DNA of 38,690 nucleotides from Bacteroidota bacterium. Lineage in GTDB: Bacteria; Bacteroidota; Bacteroidia; Bacteroidales; B18-G4. Both the position numbers and the translations under genes were made by a program. Below are positions 1 to 9,601 of this stretch, piece by piece; the first letter of the stretch is position 1; each line of letters opens with the position of its first letter. Where the stretch lies: positions 1-38,690 of the forward strand of contig JBDLIJ010000003.1 of assembly GCA_039714935.1 (NCBI GenBank), read 5' to 3'. The notes below the pieces were generated by a model that saw only the letters and a program-made list of their open reading frames with translations, had not been told where the DNA came from and searched no databases.

Positions 1-865
1 TATGCTCTACATCACCGCCCAGCAGAACAAACTCAACATTATGACTTTGCACCTCCTGGATAATATAATTCCTGATCTTCTCCTGCATGTCCTGGCCGTT
101 CATCGTTGATGATATCTCTTCCGAAGTAGTTACTTCCGATTTCAGCCCACGGATGAAATACAGATCTGTAAGAGCATCAAACTCATTTTCGAATGCCTGT
201 GGTGTGATGATGAGCAACTCGTAGTCGTCTGTACGGGATTTCCTGACAGGATATTCAGATAGCATTTTCGGATTTTGGACAAATTTTCCAAGTGTTCCAA
301 GTACTTTTTCTGAACTGCTCAACAAAGTGAGCGCAGTTTCTGCTTCCCTTGCTTTTTCAGTTGTTATGTTTACCGTTATTTCCGAATAATAACTAAGCCT
401 GCCTTCAGAGGGGATGTACTGAACAGGGCAGATATTTAGCATTGCAATACTATACCCATTCATATATTCTGTTGTGATGATGCCTGAAGCCTTCTTTGGA
501 TATGCTATTGCAGATGAATATACCTTTTCGTCCATTTGAAAGTGCTCACCACGGCCAAGCGATAATGGTCTTGATGGCTGTTGGGGGTATATGGTATAGG
601 TACCTGCTATTGATTCTTCTTTTTGAGCGCTTATGGTAAAGGATACAACTTTCTCGCCCGGAGGGAGTAAGAGTTTTACCGCAAACCATGGCAAAGACGG
701 GGCTCCTGTATGGCCTGTGTTCATGCAATTTTCAAAATGAATAAACTGGTACTCACCAGCCTGCTCAATGTTGTATTCAGAGAATTGATATGTTTTACTG
801 ATCTCTCCTGCAAAAAGAAATGCTCCGAAGAAAAATGTAAAAAATGCAAATGTTAAGTGCCTCAT
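1..865 (-). CDS. C25 family (gingipain-like) cysteine peptidase, N-terminal part; runs off the left edge
   Basis: Not in the ORF track. Manual translation from ATG at 865 is open to the window edge: signal peptide MRHLTFAFFTFFFGAFLFA, C25 propeptide-like GAPSLP...LLLPPGE and ICPVQYIP, then the start of the catalytic domain YELLIITP...KIRNYI...VEFVLLGGD. Confidence 0.85.
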   Translation of the reverse strand, partial: MRHLTFAFFTFFFGAFLFAGEISKTYQFSEYNIEQAGEYQFIHFENCMNTGHTGAPSLPWFAVKLLLPPGEKVVSFTISAQKEESIAGTYTIYPQQPSRPLSLGRGEHFQMDEKVYSSAIAYPKKASGIITTEYMNGYSIAMLNICPVQYIPSEGRLSYYSEITVNITTEKAREAETALTLLSSSEKVLGTLGKFVQNPKMLSEYPVRKSRTDDYELLIITPQAFENEFDALTDLYFIRGLKSEVTTSEEISSTMNGQDMQEKIRNYIIQEVQSHNVEFVLLGGDVEH

Positions 866-873
866 TGTTTTGT

Positions 874-3800
874 TTATTCTTTAATTATTACTTTTCGATT
901 TACCCTGCCATCTTTATTTTCGATGTTTACCGAATATACACCTGCTGAAAGATGGTCAAGGTTAATTTGTTCAACAGACTTACCGTTCAAATATTTATTT
1001 TCCAGATGATAAACTACAGCTCCAAGCTGATCTGTAATGTTGATGTTCACATAAGTTGCTTTCTGAGTCTGGAATGCCAGGTTAAAAGCGCCCCTGTTAG
1101 GGTTAGGAAAGATTTCCAATCCGAGATTTTTCTCAAATTCTGCTACTCCGGTAGTATTCACTATTGTGACCTGCAGACTGTCGGACCAGGGGCTTTCGCC
1201 ACACATATTTATGGCTTTAACTATTAGTGTTACCTGGCCCGTAAATGCCGTATCCCATTCCATTATAGCTTCGGCGCCATTATTTATAATTTCTGCAGCT
1301 TCAGCAGGGGTGATTTCCCAATTGTATTCCAGTATATCCGGTATCACTGAGCTTACATAAAGTGTAGTATTTGCCTCATACAGGTCGACATATGAGGGAC
1401 CTGCCGGTTTAGCTGGTTGTTCGGCAGGCTCCATGATGGTTAAGGTCAGAGAATCACGGCTGATACAGCCATAAACATTACTGACATCTACCCAGTATAC
1501 TCCGTTTTCAGAGGCAGCGAATGTTTGTTCATCAGAACCATCCTGCCATTCGTAGGCTGTATGCTCCTGGCCGGCATCCAAAATGATTGTATCTCCCACA
1601 CAGATCGTAGTATCCGTGCCAATAAACACTACCGGATAATCGTACACCTGGACGTCCACCTGACTGAATCCTGTGTTGGTACCATCACTTGCTTCAACAT
1701 GAAAGCTGGTATGTTCAGTCATAATTACAGTTGGATTCTTCAAGGTTGAATAAAACCCTGCCGGGTCTGAAGTCCATATATAAGCATAGCTTCCCGATCC
1801 TCCGGATACGTTCACATCAAGTTGCACTTCTTCTCCCATACAAGCTGTGCTAGGGTCGGCGCTGGCCATTACGGCAAACTCATCCACATGGAGGGTGACA
1901 GGAACGCTTACTTCAGGCAGATCAGGGTCGTCACTTTCAATGGTGAATTCAGCAGTATAATCACCAAGCTCCAGGTCTGTGGCATTGAAAGTTACTTCAA
2001 TATTCTCGGTTTCTCCTGGAGGGATTGTACCTTCATTAGTGGCTATCGACAGCCAGGTGATCACATCTAAGCTATAATCTTCCACTTCTCCATAACTGGT
2101 AGTACCACATGGTTCAGGAGTGCCATAATATTGTATACGGATCCGCATCCTGGTAGTTCCTCCTACGGCATTGTCAGGAACACTTATGTCAGCGGTAAAT
2201 ACTGCTGGCCCGCCATTTACAAAAATGGGATCATCATCAGTGAAATCCTCATTCTGGTTCCAGTCGACCCAGATGCCGCAAACATCACCATCCCAGGTAT
2301 TTCCATTGGTAACAGTGATGGGAATAGTTTCTCCGGATGAGATAGCAGTACTTAGGTTTGTATAGTCGCCATAACTGGTGCAAGCGCTTGCATTATTAAT
2401 ATCGCCAAAAGAAACATTTCCAATGTATTCATCACACCCGCCTTCGGCAATACAATAGGCTTTGCTATTATCTTTTTTGTTAAAGATTTCGGTAGCAATA
2501 TTATAATGCAGGTCAAGCTCTCCTGTGTTGGTGATGCTCAGATATTGTGTGGCGGAAGAATCCGGTGCAAGGGTTTGTTCAAGCTCATCCGGGTTTACAA
2601 AGATATGTGGGTTACCCCATTGCAGGTCGGTAAAAGCTGCTGTAGATTCCCCTTCGAGTTCATAAAATGCCGTGACCTTATACTGATAAATGCCATAATC
2701 CGGTAATTGGTCAGTATAATTAGTATCTGTTGTTTGTGCTATTTCTTCATCATCTCTGTAAAGGATAAAATATGAAAAGCCGGCTGCCATATCGTATTGC
2801 CATTCGAGGTCGACAGCCCCCGTTGCTTCTTCCACTGTAGCCATGAGATTATATGGCCTTGAAAGATTGTTTGTAACATAAGGGGAAACGTAGGTCATAG
2901 CAGACCCTGTTCTGGTGTCTGTCCAGCACGGATATACATATGAGTCCCTTGCAGAAATGCCAAGATAGTCTCCCATATATCCCATCGCAAGGCCCGGGAT
3001 GGGTGTTGGGGTAAATGACACATCGCTCACTTTAAAGTCTTCCCATGTATTCCCGGCGTCATATGAATTGGCACAGAAAACTTCACATTCGGCCCCCCCA
3101 ACGTTTCTGTCATCATAAAATACTACACTCAGGGTTCCGTTTGCCGGATCGCAGGTGATCCATGGAGAATAATGCTCATGGCCCAGGCCGGCATCATCCT
3201 GGTTAACTCTTACCGGATCGCTCCACGAATTTCCCTGGTCTTCCGACCTGATCATGTAAACATCAATATCGTTACCCGTATTTATGCCCGGTGTTCCGAT
3301 ATTGGTCCAGACCATATATAGGTTACCGCTGAATGATCCATTACTGTTATCCACTGCCAGTACAGGAAAAGAATTTACACGCATATTCTTAGAGGTCCCT
3401 GAACTGCGGATGCCCCTGACATTTTCGATAATACGGTTAGCCGGAGTCCAGTTGGCACCACCGTCCAGTGATTTTGCAAGTCCGAAAGCAGTTTCATCGG
3501 CCTTCCCGTCATAAATGGCAAAAACGGCATATACCTCTCCATTAGGCCCGGTATTAATATTCACACCCTGACAATGGCTTCCAGCATTTGCTGCACTGCT
3601 GATATTCACTGCCGTCGACCAGCTCAGACCTTCATCTGATGAATATGACAATGCAATTTCATTATCATGGACGCCATCAAAATCTGTCCAGGCACAGTAG
3701 AGGTTTCCTTCATATGCACTGTTCAGATTATTATCGATCCAGAAATGGTTTTTATCAAGAACATAAGCAGAAGCCCCATCATCGATCATCACAACATTCC

Positions 3801-4359
3801 AGTTGCTTCCCTGATCCGTTGAATAAGCAAGCTGCTGTCCATAGTTAGCTCCACTGGTAATATGATTTACGTAATACCATCCATTGTTCCCGATCACAAC
3901 TGCCGGGTCTCCTGAATTTCCCACTCCTGCACCTTGTACTTCGCCCATCCAGGTTATCCCGCCGTCAAAAGAAAACAGGTCATTGGCTCCATAAAAAGGC
4001 GGGTAGGGATCAGCACCGGAATTATTGGAGTTCAACACATTTTGAGGATCGGCAGGATTAATGAAAATGGAATTTTCACTTTGGGTGCTGCTCTCAGTGG
4101 TTACGGGTACATCAGGAGAATCTCCGGTAACAGAGCTCATTGTCTTAATTTCAGAGCCTGTATACTTTGCCTGTGGAACAACCGCCATAGGATTTAATTT
4201 CGTCAGCCCTTTTTCAGCCATCTTCTGCCAGTAGGCATTATTGTCAACCCGCCAATTGGCTTTTTCATCAGCAGGAGTTTTTTTCCCCTGTGCGTACAAC
4301 AGTGAAGATAAAATGAAAAGTGTAATAAAACTTAAACTGATATATCGTAAAGCAGTCAT
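874..4359 (-). CDS. T9SS-secreted Asp-box (BNR, sialidase-like) beta-propeller protein with FN3-like, GEVED and Ig-like domains and a T9SS CTD
   Basis: Six Asp-boxes (SFDGGITW, STDQGSNW, SSDEGLSW, SLDGGANW, SEDQGNSW, SYDAGNTW), YGEVEDY, and CTD IFPNP...GVYSV...RKVIIKE. Start moved from 4473 to ATG 4359 (MTALRYISLSFITLFILSSLLYA, signal peptide) because the longer ORF overlaps a terminator and promoter motifs. Confidence 0.85.
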   Translation of the reverse strand: MTALRYISLSFITLFILSSLLYAQGKKTPADEKANWRVDNNAYWQKMAEKGLTKLNPMAVVPQAKYTGSEIKTMSSVTGDSPDVPVTTESSTQSENSIFINPADPQNVLNSNNSGADPYPPFYGANDLFSFDGGITWMGEVQGAGVGNSGDPAVVIGNNGWYYVNHITSGANYGQQLAYSTDQGSNWNVVMIDDGASAYVLDKNHFWIDNNLNSAYEGNLYCAWTDFDGVHDNEIALSYSSDEGLSWSTAVNISSAANAGSHCQGVNINTGPNGEVYAVFAIYDGKADETAFGLAKSLDGGANWTPANRIIENVRGIRSSGTSKNMRVNSFPVLAVDNSNGSFSGNLYMVWTNIGTPGINTGNDIDVYMIRSEDQGNSWSDPVRVNQDDAGLGHEHYSPWITCDPANGTLSVVFYDDRNVGGAECEVFCANSYDAGNTWEDFKVSDVSFTPTPIPGLAMGYMGDYLGISARDSYVYPCWTDTRTGSAMTYVSPYVTNNLSRPYNLMATVEEATGAVDLEWQYDMAAGFSYFILYRDDEEIAQTTDTNYTDQLPDYGIYQYKVTAFYELEGESTAAFTDLQWGNPHIFVNPDELEQTLAPDSSATQYLSITNTGELDLHYNIATEIFNKKDNSKAYCIAEGGCDEYIGNVSFGDINNASACTSYGDYTNLSTAISSGETIPITVTNGNTWDGDVCGIWVDWNQNEDFTDDDPIFVNGGPAVFTADISVPDNAVGGTTRMRIRIQYYGTPEPCGTTSYGEVEDYSLDVITWLSIATNEGTIPPGETENIEVTFNATDLELGDYTAEFTIESDDPDLPEVSVPVTLHVDEFAVMASADPSTACMGEEVQLDVNVSGGSGSYAYIWTSDPAGFYSTLKNPTVIMTEHTSFHVEASDGTNTGFSQVDVQVYDYPVVFIGTDTTICVGDTIILDAGQEHTAYEWQDGSDEQTFAASENGVYWVDVSNVYGCISRDSLTLTIMEPAEQPAKPAGPSYVDLYEANTTLYVSSVIPDILEYNWEITPAEAAEIINNGAEAIMEWDTAFTGQVTLIVKAINMCGESPWSDSLQVTIVNTTGVAEFEKNLGLEIFPNPNRGAFNLAFQTQKATYVNINITDQLGAVVYHLENKYLNGKSVEQINLDHLSAGVYSVNIENKDGRVNRKVIIKE

Positions 4360-4404
4360 AAAATATAGATATGAATTATACATGTTCGAAACCATGTTAT
4401 GTAA

Positions 4405-4431
4405 AGACAAATATTGGGATTGAAAGGTTGT
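4405..4431 (-). promoter_or_regulatory. Putative ECF sigma promoter (ACAACC-N17-GTCT)
   Basis: Minus strand reads ACAACCtttcaatcccaatatttGTCT, the same motif as upstream of the two ECF genes. Confidence 0.55.
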
Positions 4432-4436
4432 CTGCA

Positions 4437-4444
4437 CAAATGTA
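4437..4444 (-). promoter_or_regulatory. Bacteroidota housekeeping -7 element (TAnnTTTG)
   Basis: TACATTTG on the minus strand, upstream of the 874..4359 gene. Confidence 0.5.
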
Positions 4445-4457
4445 CTATTATTAGAAT

Positions 4458-4495
4458 AAAAAAAGAAAGCCACTTCACAAAAGTAGAAGTGGCTT
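4458..4495 (-). terminator. Rho-independent terminator after the Omp28/PKD gene
   Basis: 10-bp stem AAGCCACTTC/GAAGTGGCTT (4467-4476 and 4486-4495) followed on the minus strand by TCTTTTTTT. Confidence 0.8.
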
Positions 4496-4517
4496 AATAT
4501 TATTAATTAAAGAGGTG

Positions 4518-5984
4518 TTATTTCTGAATTACAATCTTCTGGAAATAATGTTGTGAGCTTCCTTCCAGCACCATGAAATAAATACCATTGGCAAGTTGTC
4601 CGAGGTCAATTTGATTTTTGAACGGACCATTTACCATAATATTCTCTTGCTGATGCACAATCATATTGCTGGCATCATATACCTTCATCTTGAGAACATC
4701 AGGTGTAGCGGTGTTGATTTCAAGTGTAAACCTTCCCTGGTTAGGAGTGGGGTAAACTTTAACAAGTTGGTTTGCATATTCTTCTGAAATCCCAACCCAC
4801 ATCACTTCATATCCTTCTGAGAATACTGATGTGCAAGTTCCCTGAGTTACAGTCAATGTATATGTTCCATTGTATGCAGGAGAATAAGTTTGTGTTGTGG
4901 CGCCGGCAATAATATCACCGTTGCGGTACCATTGATTGCCCTCTTCGGCAGAGGAGACCAATGCATAACTCTGAACAGATATACTGGGTTGTTCCGGAGT
5001 AAAAGAAATGTCCATATAATCATCTTTGGTTATTTCATCACTTCCACCGGAGTTGGTTGCCATAAGTGTTACACTGTAAACACCTTCGTTCTCGTATACG
5101 ACAACAGGATTCTGTTCATTTGACGTTTCAGGTGTTCCACCAGGGAATGTCCATGTCCACCCTGAAGGATTATTGGTTGACATATCAGTGAACTGCACTT
5201 CATATCCCTCACAACTTGCTGTGGCATCTGCTTCAAAGTCAGCAACAGGTGCAACCGGAGGTGGAGGAAGGAAGAAAGCAGGCACTTTCATACCCTGAAG
5301 GATCTCCTTTGTATCGTTCCTTTGCAGGAATCCGACAAATTCAACGTGTGGCAGTGACCATCCGCCCATAGTAAAGCTCAGGTTGAGCGTAACCGTGTCA
5401 CTGTCGGCGAAATTTACAGTAGTTCCGTACTGATCCGGTACCATGAGTCGATTAACAAAGTTCAGCTCGCTAAGTCCTCCCCATGGATACTGAATATCAG
5501 ATTCGGTAATGGTAAGGTGGTAAACCGGGTCAGGGCCACTATATGGTGCTACTTTGTAGATTTTGACCAGCATATCGTATGCAGCACCCGAACTACTTCC
5601 ATAAAGTTCCAGAATAAAGTCGGATGGTACGGCAGCTCTTGCGTTTACAATAGGGGCATAGGAAGAGTACATTGATTGTGAACTACTTCCTCCAACGACA
5701 CTATTGCCTCCATCAAAAAATGCTGATGGGTATCCTGAAATGCTGTAATATGAGTTACGTGCATTGGAATATGTGTTTGCAAAAGAATCACCATTATGGT
5801 TTTCAATAATTGCAACCGGATGTCCGTTTGCTACGAGATCATCAGCGCCCATGGCTGCACCCGGACAGTACCCACACCAGGTACCGGTTCCGATCTCAAC
5901 CACTACCTTGTCGCGATCGACCTGCTGTGCGAAAGCAAAAGAGACCGTTACAACGAGCGATAATACAATAAGTATCTTTTTCAT
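4518..5984 (-). CDS. Omp28-related (thioredoxin-like CxxC) protein with a PKD domain and T9SS CTD
   Basis: Signal peptide; VVVEIGTGTWCGYCP; GYPSAFFDG; PKD (VQFTDMS...WTWTFPGG...GVYSVTL); CTD VYPTPN...GIYFM...QKIVIQK. Confidence 0.85.
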   Translation of the reverse strand: MKKILIVLSLVVTVSFAFAQQVDRDKVVVEIGTGTWCGYCPGAAMGADDLVANGHPVAIIENHNGDSFANTYSNARNSYYSISGYPSAFFDGGNSVVGGSSSQSMYSSYAPIVNARAAVPSDFILELYGSSSGAAYDMLVKIYKVAPYSGPDPVYHLTITESDIQYPWGGLSELNFVNRLMVPDQYGTTVNFADSDTVTLNLSFTMGGWSLPHVEFVGFLQRNDTKEILQGMKVPAFFLPPPPVAPVADFEADATASCEGYEVQFTDMSTNNPSGWTWTFPGGTPETSNEQNPVVVYENEGVYSVTLMATNSGGSDEITKDDYMDISFTPEQPSISVQSYALVSSAEEGNQWYRNGDIIAGATTQTYSPAYNGTYTLTVTQGTCTSVFSEGYEVMWVGISEEYANQLVKVYPTPNQGRFTLEINTATPDVLKMKVYDASNMIVHQQENIMVNGPFKNQIDLGQLANGIYFMVLEGSSQHYFQKIVIQK

Positions 5985-6006
5985 GATATTTCTTTTTAGT
6001 TAGTAT

Positions 6007-9000
6007 TTATTTTTGAACAACAATTTTCTCTGTGAGAACATTGTTGTTGTTTTCCAATACTAAGAGGTAGATGCCCTCAGCATAATTGCTCAGGTCAACT
6101 ATTTGAATGAATTCCCCTTTCACACTGAGGTTTTCTTCACTAAAGATCACTTCACCAACAATGCTCCTGATTTGCATTTTCACACTTTCGTTTTCCTCTG
6201 AGGAGAGTTGGATGGTAAAGGAACCATTATTAGGGTTGGGGAATACAGAAACACCTATGTTCAGATCATTTTCATTGATACTGAATGTATTTTGAACAGA
6301 TACTTCATAGTCACCGGAAACAGGACCATTGCCACAGTCATTTGTTCCTGACACATTAATGAATGCCTGGCCTGTGAAATCATCAGCCCAGGTCACGGTC
6401 AGGTTGAACATATCAACGCTCAGATCAGCCCATGCATTATCTGGTGTAACAGTCCAGCTGTAGTCTGAAGAATTTGGATCATCATTTGTTGTAAAGGTGC
6501 TACTAGGTGTTTCATACACATCAATTTCATTGGGGCCTGCCGGCATATTCAGTTCAGCAGGGGATGCTTTAACAAGCATATCAAGTGCGTTTGACATGGC
6601 AGGATTGCCTGTAATACATGCAGCATTGGAAGTTATTTCACAGCTCACAACATCGGCATCGGCAAGGTCTGAAGTGATATATTCTGCACTGTTAACACCT
6701 ACATCATTTCCGTTCAGTTTCCATTGATATACAGGCTCGTCGCCCCCATTTTCAGGGATAGCGGTGAATATAACTTCATCGCCGACACACACTTCAGTGC
6801 TTATAGTTTCAATGCTGATGCCGGCTGTAAGGATCGCATTCACGGTCATGATAATTTCATTTGACATCACCGGGTTTACTAATGTACATTCCAGTGAAGA
6901 TGTTGCTTCACAGGCTACGATGTCTGTATCAGCGAGGCTGTTATTAACATATACATCTGTTCCGTCGCCAACGTCAACGCCATTGAGCTTCCATTGGAAT
7001 GCCGGTGTAGTTCCGCCATTGTTAATAGTTGCATTGAAAGTGACTTCTTCACCTTCACAGATCTCCTCAAATGATGCAGTAACAGCAATGCTTACTTCAT
7101 TATTTACCATTACTGTGATGTAATCATCCATAGTATAGATGTCGGTTGAGCTACCATCGCTAACTTCCAGCGTTACATCATAAACACCGTCAGTATTATA
7201 TTGAATATTCTGTGGGTTTTGTTCAGAGGATGATACCGGGTCTCCACCTTCAAATGTCCAGAGCCATGAAGTAGGATCACCCTGGCTCAGGTCTGTATAA
7301 TTGATTGCTCCTTCTGCACAGGTCGTTGTTGTGTCTGCCTCAAAATTTGCAGTCATAACATTTTCAACCGGAACAAGCTCCTCGTGGCGGAAATAGTTTT
7401 GTTTTGTTACTGTAAGCGTAACATTTGCCATAAGTGGGAGGGAAGGTATTGCAATAGATTGAACTGCACCTGTACCTGTGGCAGTAGCAAGGATCTCTCC
7501 ATTCCTGTAGAGTGAGATCATGGATCCCATGTCGGCGGTGATATTAAAAGTGTTGGAACCATAAGGGATTATGCCGTCATGGACAATTGTCAGATCCTGT
7601 GGCTCTTCAGTATAAAGTGTAAGGAATGCGCCTCCATGATGGTGGAAAAGGTGATAGGTAACCCTCTTATTACTTGTGTTGTAAGGCCAGCTTGATTGCT
7701 GGAGGAAATATTTTCCTGATGCATTACCAAATGCAGGCATGGCAAAATTAGTTGGGAACTCAGTTCCGTAGAGCGGCATGAAATTAGGCCACATATTATC
7801 GATTGACCCCCACACATAAGTGTCATTCACAAATGAGTATGAAGTTTCAGAAGCAGCTGTCAGACCAAGTGCACCGGCATTTTGCCCGCCACTGGTATGA
7901 CGATGGAATTTTTCGGTAAAACATTCACCCGACCAGTTATATTTTCCAGTCAGACAGTTAATCGACATTACAAAGATGAGGTCTTCATTGGTCAGGCCGT
8001 TAATACTTGCATTGCTGTATGCCGGTTCACCCCATCCCTGTTCATAACCATGATCTCTGTGGAGCATCATGAATGAGCCATTATTGATGGTGTTGTTGAT
8101 CATATAGGCATTGCCGCCTGTCCATCCACCTAATGATGAAGGAGCAGCAGGAATGTAACCAAGGCCATTGGGTCCGAAATAATTTACAACTGTTGAAGTA
8201 TTGCTCGCTGTTGACCAGTTGGTTCCGGGGGTTCCCGAGTAGATGGCATTAATACGGACCGGGTTTTTGTTAAGCTCGTTTTTCCAGAATCCACCAACAG
8301 CTTCACCACAGATCTGAAACCAGCGTTCTGTTTGCCAGCCCACAGCAGTGATAGGATTGTAATAGAAATCAGGATTGGTAGGAGGGTTGGTTTCGTAATT
8401 GATAAATTTACTGACCATGACATCCAGTTGAGTTGCATCATTTGCAGTGATACGGGCAAATATCATATCAGGCAGATGATCACCATCGACATCGGCATAG
8501 ATGTTGTCAGAAGCACAATAGTTGTCATAGATAGGAGCAATTACATTATTGCTGATGCTGTATCCGAAATCACCAAGAAGCAATACAGCTGTCGGAGGGA
8601 TTGTCCAGGTGTTGTATGCATCATTTACATAAGTTTCAATAGCATATGTTGAGTTACCACCAACTTCAGTTAATGTAGCTATATCGGTAAGTATACCCTG
8701 TTTGTTACGGAATTCCGCAATTTCTTCGGCTTTGGCAACAAAATCAGCACCGTCGGGTGTGATGATCAGGTATTCACAACCATCAGTCAGTTCGCTGTTT
8801 TCCTGCAGCATCCAGTTGTAATCAATTGTTGGAAGAGAACTAAAGTTCATGATGGCATTGGCCATAATAGGATCCCACCAGCGGCTGCGGTAGCGTTGCT
8901 CGCCAAATTCTCCGTTCCCACCTTCAAAGACTACTTCAACATCAATATCGCGAAGTACGATCAACTCTTTCGTTATCGGATTATATTGGAAAGGAGTAAT

Positions 9001-9519
9001 ACCAAGCATTACCACGTCAACGCCCCTGATCTTTGATGGTTCGGAGAGTTTAACAGGGCTTGCCGGATACAGGGCATCCTGACCATAAATTTCCATGTTC
9101 TTTTCGTAGTATAACGGACTGTCGTCATCTTCAAAAGGAATACGCGGAGAAGGAGCCACTTCAATGTTGCTATATGTTTCTGTACGCATGCTCTTGATAT
9201 TTAAACTTGCGGTAGCTCCGGCAGGAATGGCAATGTACCTTCCTTCGCCAGGGAGGTTAGGCGCACCTTCATCATTTGGCAGAAATACACCGGGCATATT
9301 GATCACGGTCATGTCTTCACCATTAATATTCATTGTATTGAACTTGAAACTGTTCACAGAGTGAATAATGTTCACGCCTGCCTTATCTGATGCTGACATT
9401 GTGAACCCTTGTTCTGACCAGCTATCATTGTATTTGATCTCATCGGCAAAAATGGCTGATGAAAAGAAAATAGACAGCGCAAAAACTGCGAGTGTGAGTT
9501 TGATTGAAGTACTTTTCAT
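6007..9519 (-). CDS. C25 family gingipain-like cysteine peptidase with PKD/Ig-like repeats and T9SS CTD
   Basis: Propeptide (EGAPNLP, ITPFQYNP), VLLLGD, ASDNIYADVDGD, catalytic His (HRDHG) and Cys (SINCLTG), C25_C-like Ig (LTVTKQNY), PKD, CTD VFPNP...EKIVVQK. Confidence 0.9.
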   Translation of the reverse strand: MKSTSIKLTLAVFALSIFFSSAIFADEIKYNDSWSEQGFTMSASDKAGVNIIHSVNSFKFNTMNINGEDMTVINMPGVFLPNDEGAPNLPGEGRYIAIPAGATASLNIKSMRTETYSNIEVAPSPRIPFEDDDSPLYYEKNMEIYGQDALYPASPVKLSEPSKIRGVDVVMLGITPFQYNPITKELIVLRDIDVEVVFEGGNGEFGEQRYRSRWWDPIMANAIMNFSSLPTIDYNWMLQENSELTDGCEYLIITPDGADFVAKAEEIAEFRNKQGILTDIATLTEVGGNSTYAIETYVNDAYNTWTIPPTAVLLLGDFGYSISNNVIAPIYDNYCASDNIYADVDGDHLPDMIFARITANDATQLDVMVSKFINYETNPPTNPDFYYNPITAVGWQTERWFQICGEAVGGFWKNELNKNPVRINAIYSGTPGTNWSTASNTSTVVNYFGPNGLGYIPAAPSSLGGWTGGNAYMINNTINNGSFMMLHRDHGYEQGWGEPAYSNASINGLTNEDLIFVMSINCLTGKYNWSGECFTEKFHRHTSGGQNAGALGLTAASETSYSFVNDTYVWGSIDNMWPNFMPLYGTEFPTNFAMPAFGNASGKYFLQQSSWPYNTSNKRVTYHLFHHHGGAFLTLYTEEPQDLTIVHDGIIPYGSNTFNITADMGSMISLYRNGEILATATGTGAVQSIAIPSLPLMANVTLTVTKQNYFRHEELVPVENVMTANFEADTTTTCAEGAINYTDLSQGDPTSWLWTFEGGDPVSSSEQNPQNIQYNTDGVYDVTLEVSDGSSTDIYTMDDYITVMVNNEVSIAVTASFEEICEGEEVTFNATINNGGTTPAFQWKLNGVDVGDGTDVYVNNSLADTDIVACEATSSLECTLVNPVMSNEIIMTVNAILTAGISIETISTEVCVGDEVIFTAIPENGGDEPVYQWKLNGNDVGVNSAEYITSDLADADVVSCEITSNAACITGNPAMSNALDMLVKASPAELNMPAGPNEIDVYETPSSTFTTNDDPNSSDYSWTVTPDNAWADLSVDMFNLTVTWADDFTGQAFINVSGTNDCGNGPVSGDYEVSVQNTFSINENDLNIGVSVFPNPNNGSFTIQLSSEENESVKMQIRSIVGEVIFSEENLSVKGEFIQIVDLSNYAEGIYLLVLENNNNVLTEKIVVQK

Positions 9520-9574
9520 TTTTCTAGTTTTGTTTGAGATTATCTGAATTTTTGTGAGTTTTTTAAAATCTGTG

Positions 9575-9582
9575 CAAAGTTA
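9575..9582 (-). promoter_or_regulatory. Bacteroidota -7 promoter element
   Basis: TAACTTTG on the minus strand, about 55 nt upstream of ATG 9519. Confidence 0.55.
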
Positions 9583-9601
9583 CAAAACTTTATGTCACTA
9601 A

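Noticed and set aside
4360-4473. N-terminal 38-aa extension of the 1199-aa ORF
   Set aside because: It overlaps a terminator hairpin and promoter motifs; the signal peptide begins at ATG 4359.
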